64,000 nt of DNA from an uncultured Clostridia bacterium. GTDB taxonomy: Bacteria; Bacillota; Clostridia; UMGS1883. The position numbers were made by a program, and so were the translations under genes. Positions within the stretch are counted from its first letter, which is position 1. Each line of letters begins with the position of its first letter. Location: positions 17,661-81,660 of the forward strand of contig CANRCD010000007.1 in NCBI GenBank assembly GCA_947629005.1, in the 5' to 3' direction. Below the pieces are notes generated by a model. The model saw only the letters and a list, made by a program, of their open reading frames with translations. It ran no database searches and had not been told where the DNA came from. Positions 1-10,356 of this stretch are shown here, one piece after another.

Positions 1-3000
1 CGCACTTGCCGCCCGCACCGGTGTTGAACATTATATAATTAACATAGCTGTTCTTCCACGTCTGGCTCATGGTGCGCTCGTCGTTATACAGGCCGTAGCG
101 CACAAAGGCGGATTCGGTCTTATCGCCGTCGGATACGGTGACGATGACGGAGTCGGCCGAGGAGTCAACGTCGAGCACAACGTCCCACACGCAGTTGGCC
201 TTAAAGGCCGTGCCGCCGCCCAGCAGGGTGGTCTGGCTGCCTTCGTTATAGGTGATGGAGCGCATGAGGTTGAAGCCCATTTTATTCTTGCCAGAGGGCG
301 CGAGCCTAAGCTGGAGCGCCGCCGGATGAGAGGTGTCGTCCCCGCCGGTCACGCGGCCCGAGCTAAGCGTTACGCCGGCCCACTGGGCATTATATGTGCT
401 GCCGTCGATGGTATTGGGCACGTACCACTTGAACTTGACGCGGTACTTATCGCCGGGGAGGGCCAGCTTGTGCGAGGCCCCTATGCTGCCCGCGCCCGCG
501 CCCTTATCCTCACGGTCTACGTTATCGTAGAGGTGGAGGGCCATATTGCCGTCCTCGAAGCCCACGCCCGAGGGTGTGGGGGCTATATCGGCGTAAAGGC
601 CGGAGCCGGTCGCGGGAGTATAGTCGGTATAAGTCATCTCGGGAAGGGCGGCGCTGGCCCAGCCGGCCTCGCCGAGGCTGCCCGCGGCGTTGAAGCTCTC
701 GTCCTCGGCCACGGTCTCGCCCACGGCGGAGCCGTACGCCTCGAAGGCGGTAAGGCTGAACCAGTTGTCGCTGGCATCGTCATAGCCGTGGTCGGTGAGC
801 TCTTTAGCCTTCCAGCCGTAGCCGACTATCTTCACATAGCGGGCGGCAAGATCGCCGGCGGGGAAATACTCGGTATAGGGCGAGGAGCCGGAGGAATAGC
901 GTTTATATATGGCGGTGGTATATTCCGTTCCGTCCTCGGATAGCTCGACGGCAAAGCCTGTGCTGCGCGAGCTGCCGCGATAGAAGCCAAGCCCGATGTT
1001 GTGCAGCTCGTAAACCGCGCCAAGGTCAACCACGGCCTCGACGGGCTTTTCGTCGTTTGAGCCGACGGCGCCCTTAGTCTGGCCGGACCAGCGGGTGGAG
1101 GATTCGCGGTCAAGTATATTGACGGCCTCGTTGCCCTCCTGCTGATTGGAGCAGCTTATTATGCTGCGCTCTATAGCGGGCACAACTATCATCTCCGCGC
1201 CGTCGGGCTTGGGGAAGGCGCCCTCGGGATTGCGGGAATCGACCGCGCGGACGTAGGGATTCATGCCGTTTGTCTTATTCCAGAGGAAAATCAGGGTGTA
1301 CTCGCCGCTTCCGAGAGCGGTATCCTTTTCATAGGATATGCGGGTATCGGGAAGGGCGGTCACGGTCTCGTCAGTTATGCCGAGCAGTCGGCCGTCCTCG
1401 CTGAAGCGGGCGATTATGACGTCGGCGGATATCTCCTCCTCGGTGCCGTTAATCAGCAGCGCATCGGAACGAGAGTAGGCCGTGCCATTCTCGTCCATAA
1501 GATTCTCTACCGCGGACGAGGCCGTAAGCTCAGGTACGCGGGCGCAGGAAAGATAGGCGTTCATGCCGTCGGTTTCCATGGTTATGGCGTCGGTTAGCTT
1601 TGCAAGGTCGCCCGCCGCGCCGTCATACACGCCGGTCACAACAAACTCGCCGTCGAGCACGGAGCAGTCGGCCTCGGTCAGGCTGTAGGAGCTGCCGGCC
1701 TCAAGCTGCATTTCACGGGTCTCTATCTCATCGCCGCCGTTCATATAGTGCAGCGTAAGCGTGGCTCCCCTTCCCTGCACGGCGTAAAGCCGCGCGTCGC
1801 GGAAGAAGGCCAGCGTTTCGGGGAGAGTAAGCTCGGGAGCCGCGCCCTCGCCCTCGTCCTCGGGCACGGTGAAGAACAGCTCAACGCTGTCGCCCTCATT
1901 GAAGCCCGCAAGATATTCGAGGAAGGCTGCCTCGCTCATCTCGTTCATCAGGCCGTAAGCCGGAAGCGGGGGCGCGGGCTCAAGACCGCTGTCCTCGTCT
2001 TTGAGCATAAGGCCGGTCACAAGAACGTCGGCCGCGTAGGATGGAGTTTCCGCAAGGCCCTTGGTAAATACGAGGCGGTAAGTCGCGCCGTTCTCAAGCG
2101 CAAAGGCGTTATCGGCGGGGAGCTGGCCCTCGCCGTAACAGGCCTCGCCCACGGTTATCTTGGCCTCGGCGCGGAAAAGTTCGGTATCGTCAACGTCGCC
2201 GTAAAGAGTGAAGGAACCCTTTTTGGCGTAGGTGCAAAAGTCCGCCTCGTCCCAGCGCCACGTTACGTTCTTGATTATGGGCGCGCCATTGTCGAGGTAC
2301 GCCTTGACGCTCGTCGGGAGCTGGGGCCGCACGCCCCGTATTGTGGCCGCGCCGCCGGCGGCGGAAAGCGCAGGCTCGGCGCGAACAATATCGCGCTTTG
2401 TATAGCGGGCGTAAATGTCGTTTTTATCCTGCGCGAGGCTCTTCAGGCAGAGGTTTTCGTCCGGCTCGGGGTTGCCCTTTACGCCGGAATCGACGCCGGA
2501 AGCGGCGGGCGCGGCCCCGCCGCCGTCCTCTATGACGGGCGGGTCAATCTCGTCAGGGTGTTCGGCCAGCCAGTCGTAAACGTAGTCGTAATAATATATG
2601 CAGCCGTCCTCGCCGCGTATGGATTCGGGCACGGCTCCGTCATAGGAGAAGGGCTTGCTGAGCTTGCCGAGCATATCAACGCTTTCGGCTATCTCACCGC
2701 CGTTCTCGTCCACGTAGTGGAGAGTGACGGGCGCGTATTTGACGTACTTTGCGGTGCGCAGGGAAGGAGCGGTATCCGAGGAGCCTTCCCTGTCGGTTAC
2801 GTATGCGGCGCAGGTGTCGGCCTCAACCATGAAGGAAAGGTACTCGTCGTTCCTGTGGTCGCGCACATAGCCCGTCACGTCAAGGTCAACCCAGCCCTTT
2901 GTGGCTTTCGGCAGCTTGCGCGAGCTTATCAGCTCAGCCCCGTCAACGATATTCCTGGAGTTATTCCATGTGATTTCGCCCTCATCCCACGTATCGAGCT

Positions 3001-5245
3001 CCGCGGGTATGCCGTAGACGCTGTACGTGGGAGATGCGTCGTTGTCGATATGGTCAAAATAAAGGCGGAGCGAGGCGTTGACGATAGAGTTTACGTCCTC
3101 GCCTTTTTCGCCGCTGTATTCGTCGTGAATAATCTCATCGCCGAAGCCGCCGCCCTCAAAGCGGAGGAAGGCCTTGCGCTCGGTCCCCGCGTCGGTATTT
3201 GTTCCCGTTTTCGTGCCGGTTATGCGGAGCGCGGTTCCCTTTTCGGGCGCTTTGTCGTCCATGGGGTGGGCGTTATGAGGCGAGGTAGGCTCGCTTTCCA
3301 CGATGAAAGTGTCGGCAAGGGCGGGACGGTCCTCGATATCGCCCTCCTCGATAAGCACAAGCTGATTGACCGGCCTGTTGCCGGGGACAAGCCTGCCGCC
3401 CACGCTGAACGAGCCCGCGGAGCCGTAGGCTGAGGAATCCACCTCATCCCAGACAACGCCCATCGTGACGGTCGAATTGTCCTCAACGTCAACCGTCAGC
3501 GCGCGGGGAAGCGCGGGATAGACCCCGAGCGTGGTGCTTAAGGCGGGCATACGCACGCCGGTTATCTCAAGCACCTTTACGGTCACCTCTACCGCGTCGG
3601 TTTCTATGCCCTGAAGCTTGCCGCTGACCTTGAACTCGCCGCCCTCGGCGTAACTGCTCTCGGCAACGGCGTCCCACTTGACGGGATACGGCTGAACCGA
3701 GCCGTCGCTGAAGCGCACGTCAACGCTTTCGGGCAGCTTGGGCGCGTGGTACTGCACGGTGGTGACGGGACTGACAGGTACCGTGCCCTCGGGCAGCTTA
3801 TCGGCGTATACGAGGGTTATCTCGGTGTCGCCGCTTATGGCGACGGGCAGCGGATTTTTACGCTCGGTCGCGGCCGCGTCGTATATCATGCCGTTTATTT
3901 TTTCGGGTATGTCGGGGGTGTAACGCTCGCCTATGGGCAGACGCTCCATGAGCGGGCTTTTCAGCTCCTCGCCGGACGGGCCCTCATATTTGACGGTGAC
4001 GGCGGCGGTCTTGCGGCGGATATAATCCACCTTGGGCGCGAAGCTCTCGCCGGCCTCGGATGAGTAAATATGGCTGACGGCGGTATCGGCGGTCAGCGCA
4101 AAGGCGTAAACGCCGTCGTCGGACGGGTGTTGGTTTATATAATCCGTTATGTCGAGGGTGAAGTAGTCCAGCACGGCGGAGGAGTTGTTCGGTATTATGA
4201 CCTTGGCCGCCGCCGTGCCGCTCACGGCGGGCTTATTGCCCCAGTTTACGGAGGACGCGGCCCAGTTTTTGTCTATGGGCGTAAGGCTAACGGTCTGATT
4301 TGCCTCGGCTATGCTGAGGGCGCGGAAGGTGAGCGCCGCTTTGTCGTAATGCAGGTTTTCGCCCTTGGGCAGGGAAAACTTTACGAAGGCGTTGCGCGTG
4401 TAAAGTGCGCCTGTCGAGCCGCCTATGGTCTTGTTTGCGGCTATGATCATTTCGGTCTCGGCCGAAAGGTCCTTGGCGCGGTTACCTTCGCTGTCCTCGG
4501 CGTAGGTATCCTCGGTGAGGGCAACGCAGCCGTACTCCGACGAGGCGAGGGCCGGATCGCGGGTTATCTCAAGCGCGGGGCGCAAGGCGAAGGAGCCCGA
4601 CTCGGAGGAATGAACGATAACGCCCGCCGCGCCGGCCTTTACTCGCAGGGAAAAGCGAGTTTTTTTGTTTTCGCGTATATACCGCGTGAGGTCGGCGGTT
4701 ATCTCCGCGCCGAGCTTTGCGCTGCCGCTGCCAAGCGGCCTTGACACCGCCGCTAGGCTTTCCGCTTTGGCGGCGGGAGCGTTATTCCATGTGAGGGCGG
4801 AGGCGCTCCAATTATCGCCTACCTCATAAAAGGCGAGCGCGGAGGCGGTAACGCCGTGTTTTTTGAAGTTTTCTATCATGGTTGAAGCGTCCGCCACATA
4901 GAGCTTCAGTACGGCGGAGGAAACCGTGCTCGGGTCTATATCGCCGAGGTCAAAGCGCAAAAAGGCGTCGCGGCTGCGGCCCGCATCGCCGCGGTTCTCG
5001 CCGCCGACAAAGCCCGTTTCAACGGGAAGCGGGTTTTTGCTATTATAGCCTATCTCAAGAGTGGTTTTATCAGCGTTTACAGGCGTATCGGCGCTGTTTG
5101 CGTCAATGTATGTATCCTCCGACGGCGCAAGGCTCACCGTGGCGGCGTCCTCGGCCACGGCGCTCGGACCGGCGGGCGTGAACGCAGCAACCGAGCATAC
5201 CAGCGTTACCGTGAGGATAAGGGCAAGCATTTTCCGTAATTTCAT
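1..5245 (-). CDS. Large secreted modular protein (>1740 aa, runs off the left edge): signal peptide, about 3 DNRLRE-type domains, Big_4 Ig-like domains, F5/8C (CBM32)-like domain; probably carbohydrate-active or a surface protein
   Basis: ATG at 5245 after GGAGGG RBS; N-terminus MKLRKMLALILTVTLVCSVAAF; motifs RDAFLRFDL..AVLKLYV..WSASALTWNNAP, PKLPESVDVRFSDGSVQPYPVKWD, NEAVNILDRESSTRWSG..VDLGAVYEL. Segments translated by hand stay in one frame down to base 2; all + strand shadow ORFs (326, 1748, 3746, 4070) share its register. Confidence 0.8.
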   Translation of the reverse strand, partial: MKLRKMLALILTVTLVCSVAAFTPAGPSAVAEDAATVSLAPSEDTYIDANSADTPVNADKTTLEIGYNSKNPLPVETGFVGGENRGDAGRSRDAFLRFDLGDIDPSTVSSAVLKLYVADASTMIENFKKHGVTASALAFYEVGDNWSASALTWNNAPAAKAESLAAVSRPLGSGSAKLGAEITADLTRYIRENKKTRFSLRVKAGAAGVIVHSSESGSFALRPALEITRDPALASSEYGCVALTEDTYAEDSEGNRAKDLSAETEMIIAANKTIGGSTGALYTRNAFVKFSLPKGENLHYDKAALTFRALSIAEANQTVSLTPIDKNWAASSVNWGNKPAVSGTAAAKVIIPNNSSAVLDYFTLDITDYINQHPSDDGVYAFALTADTAVSHIYSSEAGESFAPKVDYIRRKTAAVTVKYEGPSGEELKSPLMERLPIGERYTPDIPEKINGMIYDAAATERKNPLPVAISGDTEITLVYADKLPEGTVPVSPVTTVQYHAPKLPESVDVRFSDGSVQPYPVKWDAVAESSYAEGGEFKVSGKLQGIETDAVEVTVKVLEITGVRMPALSTTLGVYPALPRALTVDVEDNSTVTMGVVWDEVDSSAYGSAGSFSVGGRLVPGNRPVNQLVLIEEGDIEDRPALADTFIVESEPTSPHNAHPMDDKAPEKGTALRITGTKTGTNTDAGTERKAFLRFEGGGFGDEIIHDEYSGEKGEDVNSIVNASLRLYFDHIDNDASPTYSVYGIPAELDTWDEGEITWNNSRNIVDGAELISSRKLPKATKGWVDLDVTGYVRDHRNDEYLSFMVEADTCAAYVTDREGSSDTAPSLRTAKYVKYAPVTLHYVDENGGEIAESVDMLGKLSKPFSYDGAVPESIRGEDGCIYYYDYVYDWLAEHPDEIDPPVIEDGGGAAPAASGVDSGVKGNPEPDENLCLKSLAQDKNDIYARYTKRDIVRAEPALSAAGGAATIRGVRPQLPTSVKAYLDNGAPIIKNVTWRWDEADFCTYAKKGSFTLYGDVDDTELFRAEAKITVGEACYGEGQLPADNAFALENGATYRLVFTKGLAETPSYAADVLVTGLMLKDEDSGLEPAPPLPAYGLMNEMSEAAFLEYLAGFNEGDSVELFFTVPEDEGEGAAPELTLPETLAFFRDARLYAVQGRGATLTLHYMNGGDEIETREMQLEAGSSYSLTEADCSVLDGEFVVTGVYDGAAGDLAKLTDAITMETDGMNAYLSCARVPELTASSAVENLMDENGTAYSRSDALLINGTEEEISADVIIARFSEDGRLLGITDETVTALPDTRISYEKDTALGSGEYTLIFLWNKTNGMNPYVRAVDSRNPEGAFPKPDGAEMIVVPAIERSIISCSNQQEGNEAVNILDRESSTRWSGQTKGAVGSNDEKPVEAVVDLGAVYELHNIGLGFYRGSSRSTGFAVELSEDGTEYTTAIYKRYSSGSSPYTEYFPAGDLAARYVKIVGYGWKAKELTDHGYDDASDNWFSLTAFEAYGSAVGETVAEDESFNAAGSLGEAGWASAALPEMTYTDYTPATGSGLYADIAPTPSGVGFEDGNMALHLYDNVDREDKGAGAGSIGASHKLALPGDKYRVKFKWYVPNTIDGSTYNAQWAGVTLSSGRVTGGDDTSHPAALQLRLAPSGKNKMGFNLMRSITYNEGSQTTLLGGGTAFKANCVWDVVLDVDSSADSVIVTVSDGDKTESAFVRYGLYNDERTMSQTWKNSYVNYIMFNTGAGGKC

Positions 5246-5415
5246 ATTATTTCCCTCCGTTTGAGTGCGTTTTTGCCGTTTTGTACATATATTTAGATAA
5301 TTGTATTATATCACATTTCTTTCCGCTTGGCAAGGACTTTGCGAAAATTTAACAAAGAGTCCTCAAAAAACGCCGGCCCGAGCGCGACGGACGGCCCAAC
5401 CGCCCGAGGCGAGCC

Positions 5416-6576
5416 TCATTTTTGGGCGGACGCGTCGGGCCCCTGCCGCTGAACGCTGGGGTAATACATGAACTCCTCGCCGCCGAGGCGGCCGATGGCA
5501 AGGTTATACACATCAGTGCCCCTGCACTCGAGGCGGAAAATCTCGTCGTCCTTAAGGCTGCCCCCTCGTGAGGCTATGGGCAGCTTAGCCGCGGCCGAGG
5601 CGGCGCGGAGTATTTCCGCTCCCCTCTCGCTGAAGGCCAGCGGGCGGATATAAGTCGGAGGGATGTATTTACCGTCGCTGCCGAGCACAAGGTTAAACAG
5701 CACGCGCCTAAGGCGGCTGTCGGCGTAGCGGCGGCTGTGGGCCGCGGCGATTATGGCCTCGAGCGAGTTGCCATGAGCGGCCTTCTTAAGCCGCGCGGCA
5801 ATCTCCTCGTTGCAGCCGGCAATGGCGGTCAGCTCGTCCATTGAGGCGATTTTGAGCCTGTAGGCGATGATCTGGTCAAAGCTCTTGCTGAACACGGGCC
5901 TGAACACCGGCGGGTAGGGCACGTAGCTGTCAATGCTTTCGCCGGTTTTAAGGCTTTCGCGCAGGGCGCGGGCGCTGGCCACGTTTTCGCCCGGCTCCAT
6001 CGAATCGTGGGCGACCTCGGCGCGATGTATCGTCACGGGCGTTATGGAACTGCCGGTGCGCTTAAGCGCCTTGAGGTACTCCACGCCGAGGATATTGTTC
6101 GGCTCGGCAATGGCGGCGGCCTTTTCGCCCAAAACCGCCGTCAGCGCCCTCTGACGCGCGGCGGCGTAGCTGAGACCATCGGAAAGGGCGGCGGAGAGAG
6201 CCTCGCGGAAGGCGCCGCTCTCGTTCATGAGAGCCTCGGCCAGCTCGGCGAGGGGCGCGAGTTCGCCCGCTTCGGAGCCGAACCACAGCTCGTCTACAAG
6301 CGAAAGACCGTTCATCTCCTCCACCGCGCCCATGGCGAAGCCCTCAGCCGAGGACAGCGAGTAAAGCAGCGGCAGCTCGAGCACAAGGTCGAGCCCGCAG
6401 CTTACAGCGACCTTCGCGCGGGTGAATTTGTCGAATACGGAGCAGCCGCCCCGCTGAACGTAGTTGCCGCTCATCACGGCGACGGCCGCCGCCCCGCCCT
6501 CCTTCATTGCGTCGATAAGGCGCTTGTGCCCGTTGTGGAAAGGGTTGAACTCGGCGATGGTTGCCCTGATTGTCAT
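5416..6576 (-). CDS. tmcAL: tRNA(Met) cytidine acetate ligase (YlbM/HIGH nucleotidyltransferase family)
   Basis: IAEFNPFHNGH, VMSGNYVQRG and PNNILGVEY motifs; divergent from pta-ackA. Confidence 0.88.
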   Translation of the reverse strand: MTIRATIAEFNPFHNGHKRLIDAMKEGGAAAVAVMSGNYVQRGGCSVFDKFTRAKVAVSCGLDLVLELPLLYSLSSAEGFAMGAVEEMNGLSLVDELWFGSEAGELAPLAELAEALMNESGAFREALSAALSDGLSYAAARQRALTAVLGEKAAAIAEPNNILGVEYLKALKRTGSSITPVTIHRAEVAHDSMEPGENVASARALRESLKTGESIDSYVPYPPVFRPVFSKSFDQIIAYRLKIASMDELTAIAGCNEEIAARLKKAAHGNSLEAIIAAAHSRRYADSRLRRVLFNLVLGSDGKYIPPTYIRPLAFSERGAEILRAASAAAKLPIASRGGSLKDDEIFRLECRGTDVYNLAIGRLGGEEFMYYPSVQRQGPDASAQK

Positions 6577-6634
6577 AAATCATCCACTCCTTATAAATCG
6601 TTTTTTTCCATGGTCAAAAAAATTAAAAAAGCTA

Positions 6635-6663
6635 TTGAAAATTTTCCGGATATGTTATATAAT
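6635..6663 (+). promoter_or_regulatory. sigma-A promoter for pta-ackA
   Basis: TTGAAA-17bp-TATAAT. Confidence 0.6.
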
Positions 6664-6700
6664 GTATAATCATATAAAAATCTATGGAGGCGTATTTAAA

Positions 6701-7705
6701 ATGAGTAAATTCCTTGAGAGCGTTATCGCTCGGGCCAAGACCGACAAAAAAACCATCGTCCTCGCCGAGGGCAACGACATCCGCACCATTCGCGCGGCGG
6801 CGTCGGCCCTTGAACAGGAAATTGCCGACATTATTATTTTAGGCGATATTGATGAGATTTGCAAGATGGCAAATGAAGAAAATTTGAAAATTTCCGACGC
6901 AACGCTCATTGACCCGTGCAAAGACGAGCATTTTAACGATTTCGCGTCCACATTTTACGAAATGCGCAAGGCGAAGGGTATGACTCCCGAAAAGGCCGAG
7001 GAAACGATGAAGAACACGCTTTACTTCGGCTGCATGATGGTTAAGCAGGGCTTCGCCGACGGCATGGTGGCCGGTGCGTGCAACTCCTCGGCCAATGTGC
7101 TCAGAAGCGCGCTTCAGGTTATCAAGACGGCCCCGGGAACAAAGCTGGTTTCCGCCTTCTTTATCGAGTGCGTGCCCGATTGTGCGTACGGCGAGGACGG
7201 AGTGTTCCTGTTCGCCGACTGCGGGCTGAACGAAAATCCTGACGCCGAGGCCGTAAGCGAGATTGCGGTATCCTCGGCCAAGAGCTTTAAGACGCTTGTG
7301 GGCGCGGAGCCCAACGTGGCCATGCTGTGCTACTCCACCTACGGAAGCGCCAAGAGCGAGCTGGTGGACAAGATGGCCCTCGCCACGAAGCTGGCCAAGG
7401 AAAAGGCCCCCGATGTGAACATAGACGGCGAAATGCAGGCCGACGCGGCCATGGTTCCCGCAGTCGCGGCGTCGAAGGCTCCGTCGAGCCCTGTCGCCGG
7501 CAAGGCCAATGTACTGGTGTTCCCCGACCTCAACGCCGGAAACATCGCTTACAAGCTGGTGGAGCGTCTCGCCAAGGCCGAGGCCTACGGCCCCATCACT
7601 CAGGGCATTGCCAAGCCCGTAAACGACCTTTCGCGCGGGTGCAAGGCCGAGGATATAGTGGGCGTTATCGCTATTACCTGCGTTCAGGCGCAGGCCCAGA
7701 ACTAA
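6701..7705 (+). CDS. pta: Phosphate acetyltransferase
   Basis: GGAGG RBS, ATG 6701; IVLAEGND.R, DGEMQADAA and FPDLNAGNIAYK motifs. Confidence 0.95.
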   Translation: MSKFLESVIARAKTDKKTIVLAEGNDIRTIRAAASALEQEIADIIILGDIDEICKMANEENLKISDATLIDPCKDEHFNDFASTFYEMRKAKGMTPEKAEETMKNTLYFGCMMVKQGFADGMVAGACNSSANVLRSALQVIKTAPGTKLVSAFFIECVPDCAYGEDGVFLFADCGLNENPDAEAVSEIAVSSAKSFKTLVGAEPNVAMLCYSTYGSAKSELVDKMALATKLAKEKAPDVNIDGEMQADAAMVPAVAASKAPSSPVAGKANVLVFPDLNAGNIAYKLVERLAKAEAYGPITQGIAKPVNDLSRGCKAEDIVGVIAITCVQAQAQN

Positions 7706-7723
7706 GGAAAGAGGCCGTAAATT

Positions 7724-8914
7724 ATGAAAATTCTTGTTATTAACGCGGGCAGCTCCTCGCTGAAATACCAGCTTATTGATATGGACAAGCGGTTCGTTAT
7801 GGCCAAGGGCCTGTGCGAGCGCATAGGTATCGACGGAAGCCGCCTCAAGCACACGCCCGCGGGCAGGGACAGCATCGTTATCGAAAGCCCGATGCCAACC
7901 CATGCCGACGCGATATCCCTTGTTATCTCGTCGCTTACCGACAGTGAAAACGGCGTTATCTCCTCGATGAGCGAAATAGGCGCGGTGGGCCACAGAGTTG
8001 TCCACGGCGGCGAAAGCTTCAGCGAGAGCGTGGTTATAGACGAAAAGGTGAAGGAGGGCATACGCGGCTGCGTTGAGCTCGCTCCGCTGCACAACCCCGC
8101 TAACCTTATCGGCATAGAGGCCTGCGAGAAGGTAATGCCAAATGTACCGCAGGTGGCCGTGTTCGACACCGCCTTCCATCAGACAATGCCGCAGAAGGCT
8201 TACCTCTACGGCCTGCCCTACGAGTATTATCAAAAGTACAAAATTCGCCGCTACGGCTTCCACGGCACCAGCCATAAATACGTCTCGGGTCGCGCGGCAG
8301 AAATGCTCAACATGCCCCTTTCCGAGCTTCGCGTCGTGACCTGCCACCTCGGCAACGGTTCGAGCGTGGCCGCCATCGACCACGGCAGGGTTGTCGATAC
8401 CTCAATGGGCCTAACGCCCCTTGCCGGCGTCATCATGGGTACACGCTGCGGCGACATCGACCCCGCCATCGTCACCTTCCTGATGGAGAAGGAGGGCCTT
8501 GACCCGAAGGCCATGGATGCCGTGATGAACAAGCAGAGCGGCGTTCTCGGCGTTAGCGGCGTTTCCAGCGACTTCCGCGACCTCGGCAACGCCGCAGAAA
8601 ACGGCGACAGCCGCGCCAAGGCCGCGCTGGATATGTTCTACTATTCCGTCAAAAAGTTCGTCGGCGCTTACGCCGCCGTCATGGGCGGTATCGACGCTCT
8701 GGTATTCACCGCGGGCGTGGGCGAGAACAACGCCGCCTGCCGCGCCGCCGTTACCGAAGGACTGGAGTACATGGGCGTGAAAATTGACCCCGAGCTTAAC
8801 AAGCAGCGCGGCGAGCTGGATATTTCCGCGCCCGACGCCGCCGTGCATACGCTCGTTATCCCCACCGACGAGGAAATGATGATAGCCCTTGACGCGCAAA
8901 GACTGACAAAGTAA
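7724..8914 (+). CDS. ackA: Acetate kinase
   Basis: [28 protein letters not shown] and RYGFHGTSH motifs. Confidence 0.97.
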   Translation: MKILVINAGSSSLKYQLIDMDKRFVMAKGLCERIGIDGSRLKHTPAGRDSIVIESPMPTHADAISLVISSLTDSENGVISSMSEIGAVGHRVVHGGESFSESVVIDEKVKEGIRGCVELAPLHNPANLIGIEACEKVMPNVPQVAVFDTAFHQTMPQKAYLYGLPYEYYQKYKIRRYGFHGTSHKYVSGRAAEMLNMPLSELRVVTCHLGNGSSVAAIDHGRVVDTSMGLTPLAGVIMGTRCGDIDPAIVTFLMEKEGLDPKAMDAVMNKQSGVLGVSGVSSDFRDLGNAAENGDSRAKAALDMFYYSVKKFVGAYAAVMGGIDALVFTAGVGENNAACRAAVTEGLEYMGVKIDPELNKQRGELDISAPDAAVHTLVIPTDEEMMIALDAQRLTK

Positions 8915-8929
8915 ATTTTAAATTGGGGC

Positions 8930-9074
8930 CGTAAAAAAATACGCGCAGACCGTTCAAGGGCTGGGTGTATTGATATAAGGCCGCTTTGAGCATTAAATGT
9001 TTACCGAAAAGCAATTAGTTAATGTAGAAAATCCGCTCATATGAGCGGATTTTCGTTGTTTTAAGCCCTTGAAC
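8930..9074. repeat. Intergenic repeat element, copy 1 (29-bp conserved head, internal hairpin, 11-bp inverted repeat)
   Basis: 8930-8958 matches 19769-19797 at 27/29; hairpin GAAAATCCGCTC-ATAT-GAGCGGATTTTC at 9027-9054; GTTCAAGGGCT (8952-8962) is the reverse complement of AGCCCTTGAAC (9064-9074). Confidence 0.65.
9027..9060. terminator. Probable bidirectional intrinsic terminator between ackA and azlD
   Basis: 12-bp stem with A/T-rich flanks between convergent genes. Confidence 0.7.
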
Positions 9075-9277
9075 TACGAACGAAAATCACCACTCGGCGT
9101 ACCTATGTACGCCGTCGGGAGTGCTTGCTCGGCGGCAGGCGTTCGCCTGTACGCCGCTTCGCGGCGCCGCCTGCGCGAGCTGATTTTCATACGTTCTGCA
9201 CGATTTTTTCGGCCGGCCCCCGTGCCTCCACACTACAGAGTGAGTTTTTCGGCGGTTTTTTGCGCGGCAAAGAGTCG

Positions 9278-9601
9278 TTACATCACCCTTATCAGCAGCA
9301 TATATACGGCGGTGCCGGAGATTATGCTGACGAGGGAGCTTCGCTTCCAACTCTGGAGCCCTATAACGACGGCGGCGGAAATGAGCTCCGGCAGACCGAA
9401 GGGGGCCGAGGCGAGGTCAACGCTGCGAAGGCAGTATATCACAAGCATACCTATAATCGCGCTGGGGAGCACATCGCCCAGATAGGAAACATAGGCGGGA
9501 GTTTTGCCGCCGCGGAATATCAGAAAGGGAAGAAAGCGAAGCAGTATGGTAACTATGGACATTACCGCCACAAGGAGGGCGGCGTGTACGTTCGCGCTCA
9601 T
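9278..9601 (-). CDS. azlD: AzlD-domain branched-chain amino acid exporter, small subunit
   Basis: LLRFLPF..YLG.VLP.AIIGMLVIYCL motif; overlaps azlC. Confidence 0.88.
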   Translation of the reverse strand: MSANVHAALLVAVMSIVTILLRFLPFLIFRGGKTPAYVSYLGDVLPSAIIGMLVIYCLRSVDLASAPFGLPELISAAVVIGLQSWKRSSLVSIISGTAVYMLLIRVM

Positions 9602-10323
9602 GCCCCCGCCTCCTTTGCCTCAAGGCGTGGACGCAGCAGCGTCAGAACCGCCGTGATGACGAGCATGGAAGGGATGAGAAATCCCTCCGCGCCAAATATC
9701 AGCAGGCAGACAAGGCTCCCCGCGATGCCGACAACGGCGGGAGTGCGGTCGCGGGCGGTTATCCACTGCTCGGTGAACGACGCGATAAACAGCGCCGTCA
9801 TGGAAAACTCAATGCCATCCGCGCCGAAGGGGAGCGCCGCGCCGAGAATACTGCCCAGAACGCAGCCCGTCACCCAGTAGCACTGGTTAAAAAGCGACAC
9901 CAAAAAGCGGTAGAGGTCGGGGTCCGTCCCCTCGGGCGCGGAACCGTCGCACAGGAGGGAATATGTCTCGTCGGTCAGGGCGAAAATCAGGTAGGGCTTA
10001 TACTTACCTGCGTCGCGGTAGCGGTCGATCATGGATATGCTGTAAAACAGGTGGCGCGCGTTAACCATGAAGGTCGTCAGCGCGGCCGTGATGAGCGAGG
10101 CCCCGCCGGCGAGCAGCCCTACGCCCACATACTGCATGGAGCCCGCGAAAATCAGCACGCTCATGGCCAGCGACCACAAAAGTCCGTAGCCGGCGTTCCT
10201 CAAAAGTATGCCGAAGCCGACGCCCAGAACCACATATCCGGCCAGCACAGGCGCCGACTTGATAAACGCTTTTTTGACAACGCCGCGCCCTGAAGCGCGC
10301 GGCGGAGTTTTATCCGTGTTCAT
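9598..10323 (-). CDS. azlC: AzlC family exporter permease
   Basis: FAGSMQY, VNARHLFY and LTDETY motifs. Confidence 0.92.
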   Translation of the reverse strand: MNTDKTPPRASGRGVVKKAFIKSAPVLAGYVVLGVGFGILLRNAGYGLLWSLAMSVLIFAGSMQYVGVGLLAGGASLITAALTTFMVNARHLFYSISMIDRYRDAGKYKPYLIFALTDETYSLLCDGSAPEGTDPDLYRFLVSLFNQCYWVTGCVLGSILGAALPFGADGIEFSMTALFIASFTEQWITARDRTPAVVGIAGSLVCLLIFGAEGFLIPSMLVITAVLTLLRPRLEAKEAGA

Positions 10324-10356
10324 TGATATTATTCTCCTCGCATAAAAGCCGCCGGC

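Noticed and set aside
326-4744. Long + strand ORFs (326-943, 1748-3433, 3746-4063, 4070-4744)
   Set aside because: Antisense shadows in register with the real minus-strand gene. The same applies to long antisense ORFs over tuf, fusA, pta/ackA, lepA and the cob genes.
5416-8914. tmcAL divergent from pta-ackA as a novel acetate link
   Set aside because: This is a familiar clostridial arrangement, not new.
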